A stretch of 64,000 nt of DNA from Jatrophihabitantaceae bacterium. GTDB lineage: Bacteria > Actinomycetota > Actinomycetes > Mycobacteriales > Jatrophihabitantaceae. Where the stretch lies: NCBI GenBank assembly GCA_035765515.1, contig DASTXN010000171.1, forward strand, positions 1,885-65,884. Reading direction: 5' to 3'. Made by a program: the position numbers and the translations under genes. The notes under the pieces are model-generated. The model saw only the letters and a program-made list of their open reading frames with translations. It was not told where the DNA came from and made no database searches. Of this stretch, positions 9,401-18,389 are shown piece by piece (position 1 is the stretch's first letter; the number at the start of each line of letters is the position of its first letter).

Positions 9401-11115
9401 CGTGGCGACGGCCCGGCGCTGTCGGCTACGGGCTCACGCGGCTGCGTCAGATCGCCCGTCCGCCCATCTCGATCTACGAGCCGCGGCCGGGTGACCTGAT
9501 CATCGAGCGGGACGTGCCCGTCCCGATGCGCGACGGCACGGTGCTGCGCGTGAACGTGCACCGGCCTATCGACGGCGACGTCGTGCCCGTGCTCATGTCC
9601 GCCCACCCGTACGGCAAGGACGATGTCCCGCACCGCGAGGGGCGCCGGCCGCGGATCCCCTTGCAGTATCGGATGATGCGCGCGCCGATGCCGATTCGGC
9701 ACTCGGACCTCACCAGCTGGGAAGCGCCCGATCCTGTGTGGTGGGTGAAGCAGGGATACGCGGTGATCAACGCGGACCTGCGAGGAGCCGGCAAGTCCGA
9801 CGGCGTCTGCACCCTGCTGTCCGATCAGGAGGCCGAGGACTATCACGACCTGATCGAGTGGGCCGCCAAGCAGCCGTGGTCGACCGGCGCGGTCGGGATG
9901 CTCGGCGTCTCCTACCTCGCGATGGCGCAGTACAAGACGGCCGCGCTGCGCCCGCCGAGCCTGAAGGCGTTCTGCCCGTGGGAGGGCATGACCGACATCT
10001 ACCGCGACATGATGCGTCCAGGTGGCCTGCTGGAGGACGGCTTTGTGCGGCTCTGGACGGCAGGCACGCGGCGCAAGACCCGGCTGGGCATCGACCTCGG
10101 CGAGGGACGAATCGCCCACCCGCTGCGCGACGACTGGTGGACCTCGATGGTGGCCGACCTCAAGCACATCCAGACGCCGATGCTGGTGTGCGCCAGCTTC
10201 TCGGACAACAATGTGCACACCCGCGGGTCCTTTCGCGCCTTCGAGCAGGTCGGTTCGTCGGACAAGTTCGCGTACACGCATCGCGGCGGCAAGTGGTCGG
10301 TCTTCTACAGCGAGGAGGCGCGCAAGGTCCAACTCGCCTTCTTCGACCGGTACCTGCGCGATGCCGACGTGGAGCCGCCGCCGCGGATGCGGCTGGAGGT
10401 CCGCGAATCGCGCGACACCGTGGTCGACGTCCGGGACGAGTCGGAGTGGCCGCTCGCGCGCACCCAGTGGCGTCCGCTGTACCTCGCGCCGCACGGTGTG
10501 TTGAGCGACGAGCCTTCGGTCGAGGACGGTCAGATCACCTTTGCCACAAGGCGCAATGCGGCTGCGTTCACTTTCACTGTGCCCGCAGACCTGGAAGTGA
10601 CCGGTCCGATGGCCGCCCGGTTGTGGGTTTCGGTCGACGGTGCCGACGACGCGGACCTGTGTGTGGGCGTCGAGAAGTGGCGCGGCAACCGGTACGTCGA
10701 TTTCGAAGGATCCTTCGGCTGGGGGCGCGACCGCGTGACCACCGGCTGGCAGAAGCTGTCGCTGCGTGCGCTGGACGAGTTCGCCTCGACTCCCGGCCAG
10801 CCGGTGCACGACTACCTCGATCCCGCGCCGCTCACGCCCGGCGAGATCGTCCCGGTCGACATCGCGCTCGGCCCGTCCGCGACGCTGTTTCGCGCGGGGG
10901 AGTCGCTGCGCTTCGTCGTCGCGGGGCGCTGGCTGTCGAACCGCAATCCGCTGGCGGGCCAGTTCCCCGCGCACTACCGGCGCGGACCGGCTGCGCGGTG
11001 CACGCTGCACTGGGGACCGGACCGTCCAGCCCACCTGCTCGTCCCGGTGATCCCGGCTCAAGGGCCCGAGCCGGCGGACGGGTTCGCGCCGAGCACCGGG
11101 CTGGCGCCGAGCTGA
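9367..11115 (+). CDS. CocE/NonD family hydrolase (X-Pro dipeptidyl-peptidase S15-like)
   Basis: RDVPVPMRDGTVLRVNVHRP, GVSYLAMAQ nucleophile-elbow-like motif, C-terminal beta-sandwich region. 582 aa. Confidence 0.85.
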   Translation: MARGSYPVLDRPWRRPGAVGYGLTRLRQIARPPISIYEPRPGDLIIERDVPVPMRDGTVLRVNVHRPIDGDVVPVLMSAHPYGKDDVPHREGRRPRIPLQYRMMRAPMPIRHSDLTSWEAPDPVWWVKQGYAVINADLRGAGKSDGVCTLLSDQEAEDYHDLIEWAAKQPWSTGAVGMLGVSYLAMAQYKTAALRPPSLKAFCPWEGMTDIYRDMMRPGGLLEDGFVRLWTAGTRRKTRLGIDLGEGRIAHPLRDDWWTSMVADLKHIQTPMLVCASFSDNNVHTRGSFRAFEQVGSSDKFAYTHRGGKWSVFYSEEARKVQLAFFDRYLRDADVEPPPRMRLEVRESRDTVVDVRDESEWPLARTQWRPLYLAPHGVLSDEPSVEDGQITFATRRNAAAFTFTVPADLEVTGPMAARLWVSVDGADDADLCVGVEKWRGNRYVDFEGSFGWGRDRVTTGWQKLSLRALDEFASTPGQPVHDYLDPAPLTPGEIVPVDIALGPSATLFRAGESLRFVVAGRWLSNRNPLAGQFPAHYRRGPAARCTLHWGPDRPAHLLVPVIPAQGPEPADGFAPSTGLAPS

Positions 11116-11149
11116 CCGCCCGATCTCGTGATCCGTTCGAAGATGATCG

Positions 11150-11260
11150 GGCGCGACGGCGGAAATTACCCTACGGTGTCCTGCGATGCGTGGCGGCCAC
11201 GTGTCCTAGGACGTAGGAGCATTTCGATGGCTCGTGGTTCGTTTCCGGTGCTGCACCGTC
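11150..11260 (+). repeat. leader/start module copy B (5' UTR plus first ~11 codons of the RCC1 giant gene)
   Basis: See copy A. Also carries cggcGGAAAt-N18-CGAT, which resembles the ECF-type promoter at 32232. Confidence 0.6.
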
Positions 11261-14200
11261 GTGCGGGAGGGCGTCGCCGATGGATAGCGCTCGTGTGTGC
11301 CCCACTCTCGGTGATCAGCCTGTGCAGCGTGATCACCGCGGCGACTGCGGACACGGCAGCGGCTGTCGCGACGGCCGAACAAGGTCCTACCGTCATCGCG
11401 AGCTGGGGTCAGTTCCAGGAATCCAGGTACACCGCGACCGCGGTGCCGCCGACCACGGACTTGCCGGTGGGGGTCGAGGCCTCGGCGTTGGCCGCGGGCG
11501 GAGACTTCGCTATGGCACTCGGGTCAGACGGCGCCGTCTATACCTGGGGCTACAACGCTGCGGGCGAGCTGGGCACCGCGCAGGCCCTCGGCAGCCTTAC
11601 TCCGATCTTTGATCCCGTCCGCGTGGTGTTGCCGAACGGTGCCACGGCGACGTCGATCGCGGCGAGCTCCACGGGAGGCTTAGGTCCGGGTAGGGCCTTC
11701 GCGGTGGGATCGGACGGCGTCGCCTACTACTGGGGCGCCCGGGACTACTGCCACAGCGCGAACACCGACGTGCCCGTCGCCCTGCCACTACCTGCCGGGG
11801 TGCGGGCGCGGGAAGTGGCGGGCAACGCGTTGGCCACCTTCGTGCTGGGCGATGACGGCAACGTCTACTCGACCGGGAACAACTATCTCGGGAACCTGGG
11901 AACCGGCTCGACCGAGTCGCAGGACTGCACACCGAGCCGGGTCGCGTTGCCCAGCGGCGTCACGGCCACCGCGATCGATGCTGGCTCGCAGTTCGCGCTG
12001 GCGGTGGGTTCGGACGGCCATCTCTACGCCTGGGGTGACAACTCCCAGGGGCAACTGGGCATGGGGTTCACGACTGGCGGCGACCAGAGCACCCCGGTTT
12101 GGGTCAGGATTCCAGACGGGGCTCCGACCGCGATCGCGGCCGGCAACGCGCACGGTCTCGCCGTGGGCTCGGACGGGCGCCTCTATGGCTGGGGCGAGAA
12201 CGCATTCGGCGCGGTGGGCGACGGCTCGACTCTCGACCGGACCGCACCTGTCCCGGTCGGATTGCCGGATGGCGTGACGCCGACCGCGATAGCTGCGAAC
12301 AACCAGTCGCTGGCCCTCGGTTCGGACGGTCGGCTGTACGGCTGGGGCTACAACTACAACGGTGAACTGGGTGACACCGCCACCACCACGCGCCTCACGC
12401 CCCAACCCGTTGCGCTGCCGGACGGCGCTAGGACGGAGGCCATTGCGGCCGGGGTCGGCTTCACCCTCGCGCTCGTTGACGCAATCGCGCCGCAGTTCAC
12501 GCGAGCGACGCCTCCGACGACGGCAACCGCAGGCTCCAGCCTGGACTACACCTTCGGCGCCTCGGGACTGCCGGCTCCGTCCTACCGGCTTGCTGACGCA
12601 GCGCCGTCCTGGCTGCACATCGACGCGTCCAGCGGTGAGCTGACCGGAACCCTGCCGTCCGACGCCAGCACGTTCAGTTTCTCGGTGACCGCGACGAACC
12701 TGGCAGGCACGGCGACGGCAGGTCCGTTCACCGTGACGGTGCCACTGCACCCTGTCGAGGTGTCGGGAACGGTCGACGGTGCCGGTCGCCCGGTTGCTGA
12801 CGCCCTCGTCGACGTCTGTGTTGCGGGCGGATCGGTGTGTCAGCACGCGACGACCGACGGGAACGGCGCGTTCACGGTGATGATGACCCCGAACACCGCT
12901 GTGGAGGTGACGGCATATCCGCCGCAGGGCAGCGGGCTGGATACAGGTAGCTCCGGAGAGCTGTTCGTCCCGACCTCCGGCCTGGACGCGGTCGCTGTGC
13001 ACCTGCCGGCCCTGACTACGTTGGGTGCTGGCATCTCGGTGACCTCCGGGCAGGTGGGCACCACAGCCGGAGGCCAGCCGGTCTTCCACTGGGCGCAGGC
13101 GGCGACCCTGCGGGCCAGCAACTGCGCGAACGGGACCGGCGTGATGACCCTCGTCGGCGAGAACACGTCCACGGGCCAGTACGAGTACCACGCCTACCCC
13201 CTCACCGAAGATCCGGCCGGATCGGGCGGGTACACAGGCACGCTGCCACCGCAGTACCCGATCCACGGACCGGTCGAGATCAAGCAGACGGTGACCTGCG
13301 CCGGCCAGTCCGAGGTGGAGCCACAGTCCGGTCTGACCGCCGGCGGGGAGAGCATCACGATCTCCGGAGCGGGCGTAGGCGGTGCCACCGCGGTCCAGTT
13401 CGGCACCGTCGCGGCCACCGATCTGCAGTCCGTCTCGGACGACCTGCTGACCGCCACCGCGCCGCCCGGATCAGGCACGGTCCCGGTCGAGGTCACCCTG
13501 GCGTCGGGCGACACCGTGGCGGCCGGGGAGTACACCTACGTCGCCGCGAATGACGTGCCCGGCCTGGATCAGGCGAGCTACCAAGCCGCCACTGACGCCA
13601 CGACCGCGTCCGGCCCGGCGCCGCAAGCGCAGGTGCAGCCGGACTCGGCCGGGGCCGTCCGCCTGACTGCGCATTCCGCGACGCCGCGGTCCGGGTTGTT
13701 GGCCGACACGAGTTCGAACTCGGACACGCTCGCCACGATCGCCAAGTGGGTCTACAAGAACTTCCCCGGCGGTGCGGCGGCCACGCTGCGCAGCGCGATC
13801 GCCACCGCGATGCTCGCGGCGAAGCCGACCTGTGACAGCGATCGGGCCGCGTTGAAGGCGTCGGTGCACCTGCTGGTGGCGGCTGCGGTGATGACTGCCA
13901 TCGCCGACATCAGCCCGCTCCTTGTGGTCGGCGCGGAGGCGCTGCTGAGCGCGTTGGTGGACCCGATCATCGCCGGATTGCTGGAACCGGCGGTGGCCTT
14001 CCTGGTCGCGAAGCTCGTCGGGGTGATCCTCAACAAGATGATCGACGCCATGCTTGACGCGGCGATCGACGCGGTGCTCGGTCGGTGCCCGAACCACCAG
14101 ACCAACGCGCTCATCGACCCGTCCGGCACTGTCCTGGACACCAACGGCAATCCGGTCAGCGGTGCCACGGTGACGATCCTGCGCTCGGACACCGAGGCCG

Positions 14201-15330
14201 GCCCCTTCACCGTTGTGGACGCGACCCAGCCGGGCATCGAGCCGGCGATCAACCCCGAGATCAGCAATGCGGACGGAGTGTTCCACTGGGACGTGCGCTC
14301 GGGTTATTACGAGGTGCGCGCACGCAAGGCGGGATGCACGGTTCCCGGCCACGCCGATCAGGACACAGCCACGACCGGCCCGCTGCCGGTTCCGCCGCCG
14401 CAGGTCGGGCTGACCCTCACGCTGGCCTGTCCGGACGAACTCCCGGCGCCGACTCCGACCGTGACCGCGCTGACCGTGGCCACCGGCCCACCGTCCGGCG
14501 GAACCGACGTGGTCGTGTCGGGCAGCGGCTTCGCCCCGGGAGCGACGGTGACTGTGGGCGGCGCGCCGGCCACGACCGTGACGTACCTGGGTCCGAACGC
14601 GCTCGAACTCACCACGCCGGCCCACTCGGCGGGTCCGGCTGACGTCGTGGTGCACACCGCCGGTGGAGACAGCGCGACCAATGGCGCGGATCGGTTCAGC
14701 TACGGCACGGTCCCGCTGGTGACCGCGTTGAGCGTGACGAGCGGCCCGGTCACCGGGGGCACCGTCGTGACCATCACCGGCAGCGGGTTCACCGGCGCGA
14801 CAGCGGTCGCCTTCGGCGGCATGCCGGGCAGCGATCTGAGCGTCAGCTCCGACACCCAGTTGACGGTCACCACTCCGGCTGTCAGCTCCGGTGGCGCGGT
14901 GGACGTCAAGGTCATCACTCCGATCGGGGCCAATCCCGCCGGCGACCCGGCGAGGTTCACCTACATTGACCTGCCCGCACCGGTTTGCTCGGCTGTGACA
15001 GCCACGGCTCGGCCCAAGCGCGACACGACCGTCCAGCTGTCCTGTGCCGGCGAGGACGTCGTCTATGACCTGCCCGGTCAGCCGGACCACGGAACGCTGT
15101 CCGGTCTGGACGCCACGACCGGAACGATCACGTACACCGCCGCCGCCAAATACGTCGGCACGGAGACGTTCACGTACACCGCGCACAACGCGGGCGGCAC
15201 GTCCGTTCCCGTCACCGTGACCGTCACCATCACGCACCGGAACACCGGCAACCATGGGCAGAGCGGCAGCCACCGGAACAGCGGCAACAAGGGCGGGAAC
15301 GCCCCGGGTGGTGACCAGGACGGCGGTTAG
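11227..15330 (+). CDS. large secreted RCC1-repeat / Ig-like / CarboxypepD_reg-like / IPT-TIG mosaic protein with an internal hydrophobic helical segment
   Basis: Start taken at MARGSFPVLHRR (RBS GTAGGAGC), followed by a hydrophobic signal-like segment. Repeated RCC1 signature [VL]Y.WG.N..G.LG. Later GTVVTITGSGFTGATAVAFGG-type TIG repeats. Confidence 0.8.
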   Translation: MARGSFPVLHRRAGGRRRWIALVCAPLSVISLCSVITAATADTAAAVATAEQGPTVIASWGQFQESRYTATAVPPTTDLPVGVEASALAAGGDFAMALGSDGAVYTWGYNAAGELGTAQALGSLTPIFDPVRVVLPNGATATSIAASSTGGLGPGRAFAVGSDGVAYYWGARDYCHSANTDVPVALPLPAGVRAREVAGNALATFVLGDDGNVYSTGNNYLGNLGTGSTESQDCTPSRVALPSGVTATAIDAGSQFALAVGSDGHLYAWGDNSQGQLGMGFTTGGDQSTPVWVRIPDGAPTAIAAGNAHGLAVGSDGRLYGWGENAFGAVGDGSTLDRTAPVPVGLPDGVTPTAIAANNQSLALGSDGRLYGWGYNYNGELGDTATTTRLTPQPVALPDGARTEAIAAGVGFTLALVDAIAPQFTRATPPTTATAGSSLDYTFGASGLPAPSYRLADAAPSWLHIDASSGELTGTLPSDASTFSFSVTATNLAGTATAGPFTVTVPLHPVEVSGTVDGAGRPVADALVDVCVAGGSVCQHATTDGNGAFTVMMTPNTAVEVTAYPPQGSGLDTGSSGELFVPTSGLDAVAVHLPALTTLGAGISVTSGQVGTTAGGQPVFHWAQAATLRASNCANGTGVMTLVGENTSTGQYEYHAYPLTEDPAGSGGYTGTLPPQYPIHGPVEIKQTVTCAGQSEVEPQSGLTAGGESITISGAGVGGATAVQFGTVAATDLQSVSDDLLTATAPPGSGTVPVEVTLASGDTVAAGEYTYVAANDVPGLDQASYQAATDATTASGPAPQAQVQPDSAGAVRLTAHSATPRSGLLADTSSNSDTLATIAKWVYKNFPGGAAATLRSAIATAMLAAKPTCDSDRAALKASVHLLVAAAVMTAIADISPLLVVGAEALLSALVDPIIAGLLEPAVAFLVAKLVGVILNKMIDAMLDAAIDAVLGRCPNHQTNALIDPSGTVLDTNGNPVSGATVTILRSDTEAGPFTVVDATQPGIEPAINPEISNADGVFHWDVRSGYYEVRARKAGCTVPGHADQDTATTGPLPVPPPQVGLTLTLACPDELPAPTPTVTALTVATGPPSGGTDVVVSGSGFAPGATVTVGGAPATTVTYLGPNALELTTPAHSAGPADVVVHTAGGDSATNGADRFSYGTVPLVTALSVTSGPVTGGTVVTITGSGFTGATAVAFGGMPGSDLSVSSDTQLTVTTPAVSSGGAVDVKVITPIGANPAGDPARFTYIDLPAPVCSAVTATARPKRDTTVQLSCAGEDVVYDLPGQPDHGTLSGLDATTGTITYTAAAKYVGTETFTYTAHNAGGTSVPVTVTVTITHRNTGNHGQSGSHRNSGNKGGNAPGGDQDGG
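11392..12480 (+). repeat. RCC1 beta-propeller blade repeats (about 7 units) inside CDS 11227..15330
   Basis: Recurrent motif DG.(V/L)Y.WG.N..G(E/Q)LG about every 50 aa (AVYTWGYNAAGELG, HLYAWGDNSQGQLG, RLYGWGENAFGAVG, RLYGWGYNYNGELG). Confidence 0.7.
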
Positions 15331-15389
15331 CAGCGTGCCGCTGAACTACGCCCGTCGACAGGGCATCCGCCGGACGACCGGGGGTTCAC

Positions 15390-16076
15390 TCACGCCACGG
15401 TGAAGCCACCGTCCACCGGCAGGATCGTGCCCGTCACCAATCCGGCGTGCACGAGATAGCTGACCGCGTCGGCGACGTCCGCCGCGGTGCCGACCCTGCC
15501 GACGGGCACGCCGGCCGCCGCGGACTCGAACTGGGCCCGACGCTGGTCCTCGGGAAGGAACGACCACCATGCGGTGTCGACGACGCCCGGGCTCACCGCG
15601 TTCACCCGGACCGGGGCGAGTTCTGCGGCCAGCGGTGACACCATGCGCTCGATCGCGCCGTTGACCGCAGCGAGGGTGACGGTCTGCGGCAGGGCCGAGC
15701 GCGCGCTGGCCGCGGAAATCATCGTGATCGACTCGACGACCTGCGCCTGCTGGATCGCGTAGAGGTACGCGAAGAGCTTTGCGCTGAAGGCAGTCTGGAC
15801 GTCGTCCATGCCGATCTGGCGGATCGGACCGAGGCCGACGGGTCCCGGGCTGAACGCGAGCACGAGGTGCTCGAACGAGCCGTAGTTGGCGAAGAACGCG
15901 GCCACCGCTTCGCGATCGGTGCTGTCGAGCCGTTCGGCGGCCGCGAACCGACCCTCGACGGCAGCCAGCTTCGCCGGGTCCCGGCCGGTGACAGTGACCT
16001 TGGCGCCGGCGTCCGTGAGCCTCTCGGCAGTCGCCAGTCCGATGCCGGACGTACCGCCCATTACCAGTGCACGCAT
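15390..16076 (-). CDS. SDR family oxidoreductase
   Basis: Start MRALVMGGTSGIGLATA (TGxxxGIG). The C-terminus (VTGTILPVDGGF) is typical of classical SDRs. Confidence 0.85.
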   Translation of the reverse strand: MRALVMGGTSGIGLATAERLTDAGAKVTVTGRDPAKLAAVEGRFAAAERLDSTDREAVAAFFANYGSFEHLVLAFSPGPVGLGPIRQIGMDDVQTAFSAKLFAYLYAIQQAQVVESITMISAASARSALPQTVTLAAVNGAIERMVSPLAAELAPVRVNAVSPGVVDTAWWSFLPEDQRRAQFESAAAGVPVGRVGTAADVADAVSYLVHAGLVTGTILPVDGGFTVA

Positions 16077-16107
16077 GGTGTTGCCTTTCGTAGTTCCGAA
16101 CCATGTC

Positions 16108-16127
16108 GTCTCGATACTATACGAGAC
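16108..16127. promoter_or_regulatory. inverted repeat GTCTCG-N8-CGAGAC in the SDR/TetR divergent intergenic region
   Basis: 6-bp perfect arms around an AT-rich spacer (atactata), between starts 16076(-) and 16151(+). Confidence 0.35.
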
Positions 16128-16150
16128 CGGGAGTCTTGTAATATCGCTGC

Positions 16151-16735
16151 ATGACCGAGGAGCGACGATCGCCCGGACGGCCACGCAGCCAGAGTTCGCG
16201 CGAAGCGATCCTCACGGCCGCGATCCAACTGGTTGCCGAGGTCGGGTACGCCGGCCTCACCATTGACGGACTCGCGAGCCGGGCCGGCGTCGGCAAGCAG
16301 ACGATCTACCGCTGGTGGGCGTCCAAGGCGGATGTGCTGCTGGAGGCGGGCGCCGCGCTGGCCGACGTGCGCGTGCCCGTGCAGGACCGCGGCAGCTACG
16401 AGGCCGACCTGCGGGCGTTCCTCAAGGCGAGCTACCGGATCGTCAACCAGCCGCAGATGGCCGATCTGTTGCGCGCGGTCATGGCCGAGGCTCAGCTCAA
16501 TCCCGACTTCGGTGACCGCTTCCGATCGGGGTTCCTGCAGCGGCGGCGCGAGGCGCTGGCCGTCATCACCGCTCGTGCTCGCGACCGCGGTGACCTGCCG
16601 GAGCGGCCCGCTCCGGGAACTGTCGCCGACGTCGTCTTCGGCACCATCTGGTACCGCGTGCTGGCGACGCGCCAGGCTTTCGACAAGCGGCTCGTCGAGG
16701 ACCTGATCACGGTGCTGGTCCCACCTGTCGCCTAG
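16151..16735 (+). CDS. TetR/AcrR family transcriptional regulator
   Basis: HTH region ILTAAIQLVAEVGYAGLTIDGLASRAGVGKQTIYRWW. 194 aa. Confidence 0.85.
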   Translation: MTEERRSPGRPRSQSSREAILTAAIQLVAEVGYAGLTIDGLASRAGVGKQTIYRWWASKADVLLEAGAALADVRVPVQDRGSYEADLRAFLKASYRIVNQPQMADLLRAVMAEAQLNPDFGDRFRSGFLQRRREALAVITARARDRGDLPERPAPGTVADVVFGTIWYRVLATRQAFDKRLVEDLITVLVPPVA

Positions 16736-17973
16736 GCGTCCGGTCCGGTGCTGAGGACGGTGGACGCGGTGAGCGAGCGTTCGGTCCGCCACGCGCGGCT
16801 GACAGCCATGAGCACTGACGCGGCGAACGCCCACGCGGCTGCCCCGACGAGAGCCCACGACGCGCTCGCGTGTTGGGCGACCACGCCGTAGAGCGTGCTC
16901 AGCGCGAGCGTGGGAAGGGTGACGGCGAGGTTGAGCACCGCCTGGATCCGCACCTGGCTCCCGTCGGGGCTGGCGGACAGGATCCGCGGAACGGCGTGAG
17001 CGTTGAACACGACCAGTCCGAGCCCGACGGCGCCGGCGGCCACGCATGCGACCCACACCGTCGGCGCACCAGCAGCAAGCGCCAGTCCGGCGCACGCGAG
17101 CAGCGGCCCACCGATCAACGGGACCTGCGCGCGTTCCAACGCCCCACGCGCCGCGACCGTCAGCCCTACTGCCAAGGCAGCGGTCATGAAGGCTGCTTCC
17201 ATCAGTCCCGCGCTGCTCGACGACCATCCGTTGCCGCGGCACAGCAGCGGGAACAACAGCATCGTTGCCGGAGCGGTCCCAGCTACGAGCGCGGCCAGGG
17301 CGAGCATCAACGGCACGAGCGTTCGGTGACCTCCGGCCTCACGAAGGCCGTGCCAGGCCTGGCGAAGGCCGACCTGAGGGGTATCGGGTGCGCGCGCAGC
17401 TCTCGGCGGGACGACAAGCAGCACGACGACGACGATCACCAGGAAGCTGACAGAGTTGAGCGCGACCAGCCAGCTCAATCCGATCCAGGCAAGCAGCGCG
17501 CCGCCGATCGCCGGGCCGGCTATCCGTGCGAGCTGCAGTCCACTGCTGGTCGTCGCCATGATGCGCGCAAGCTGGTCGTCGCTGACGAACAGGCGGGGGA
17601 ACACACCCGCCGCCGGGAGGTAGAAGGCCGAGGCCACGCCCAGCAGGCAGCCGACCACCACGAGCGACGCGGCCGACGGGCCGCGCACCCCGAACCAGAT
17701 CGCCGCTAACGAGGTCACGAACAACATCGATGTGTCGCAGACGAGCATGACCTGGCGGGGACCGAAGCGATCGCCCAACGACCCGCCGCCGAGCAGCAGA
17801 ACTGCGCGGCAGAACACGATTGAAGTGGCGACGAGTCCGGCTGTCGTGCCGCCGAGTCCGGTGGCCGTCCAAATGATCGCGAACGCCATCACGGTGGAGC
17901 CGAGTTCGGAGGACACCGCGCCGCCGAGCCACGCCCAGTAGTCGCGGCCCGGCCGCATCAGGGCATCCGCCAT
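16732..17973 (-). CDS. MFS transporter
   Basis: 413 aa with about 12 hydrophobic helices. Convergent with the TetR gene. Confidence 0.8.
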   Translation of the reverse strand: MADALMRPGRDYWAWLGGAVSSELGSTVMAFAIIWTATGLGGTTAGLVATSIVFCRAVLLLGGGSLGDRFGPRQVMLVCDTSMLFVTSLAAIWFGVRGPSAASLVVVGCLLGVASAFYLPAAGVFPRLFVSDDQLARIMATTSSGLQLARIAGPAIGGALLAWIGLSWLVALNSVSFLVIVVVVLLVVPPRAARAPDTPQVGLRQAWHGLREAGGHRTLVPLMLALAALVAGTAPATMLLFPLLCRGNGWSSSSAGLMEAAFMTAALAVGLTVAARGALERAQVPLIGGPLLACAGLALAAGAPTVWVACVAAGAVGLGLVVFNAHAVPRILSASPDGSQVRIQAVLNLAVTLPTLALSTLYGVVAQHASASWALVGAAAWAFAASVLMAVSRAWRTERSLTASTVLSTGPDA

Positions 17974-18061
17974 CCAGCGAGACTAGCCAGCTACAGCCCA
18001 CCGGGCATGGAACCTACTGGCGGGTGCTCTTAGTGGTACGGCGCGGGCACCCGCGCCGCGG

Positions 18062-18259
18062 TCATTGCACTGGCGTGCCGGTCCCGTCCGGCGTGGTCGC
18101 CGCGGGCGCTCGCGTGGTCGTGGCCCGTGCGAGCAGAGTCGCGGCGGGCACCTCGATCTGATGCGTCGAGCGCGCGTGCTGCTGGGCCGCGCTGACGAAG
18201 GTGGCTTCGTCGGTACCGGTTGCCAGGAAGCCACACTCGCAGCGCAGTTCGATCGCCAT
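18062..18259 (-). CDS. DUF1059-like small protein
   Basis: MAIELRCECGFLATGTDEATFVSAAQQHARSTH matches the small DUF1059 pattern (C.CGF...H...H). 65 aa. Confidence 0.6.
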   Translation of the reverse strand: MAIELRCECGFLATGTDEATFVSAAQQHARSTHQIEVPAATLLARATTTRAPAATTPDGTGTPVQ

Positions 18260-18389
18260 CGGCGCCTACCGCCTTGCCAGCCAGGGATAGCCGCCCACGG
18301 TAGGCGCGGAGCGCAGGTGGATCGCAGTCACCGAGCGTGTATTACGGCGATCCAACGTTAGTTTGACGAGGTGGGGTAAGTCGGGCATC

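Noticed and set aside
9286-11061. 591-aa minus-strand ORF antisense to the CocE/NonD hydrolase gene
   Set aside because: The translation is Arg/Gly/Pro/His-rich low complexity with no motifs. This is the typical shadow ORF of a high-GC gene. The plus-strand frame has clear family motifs and GC3 bias.
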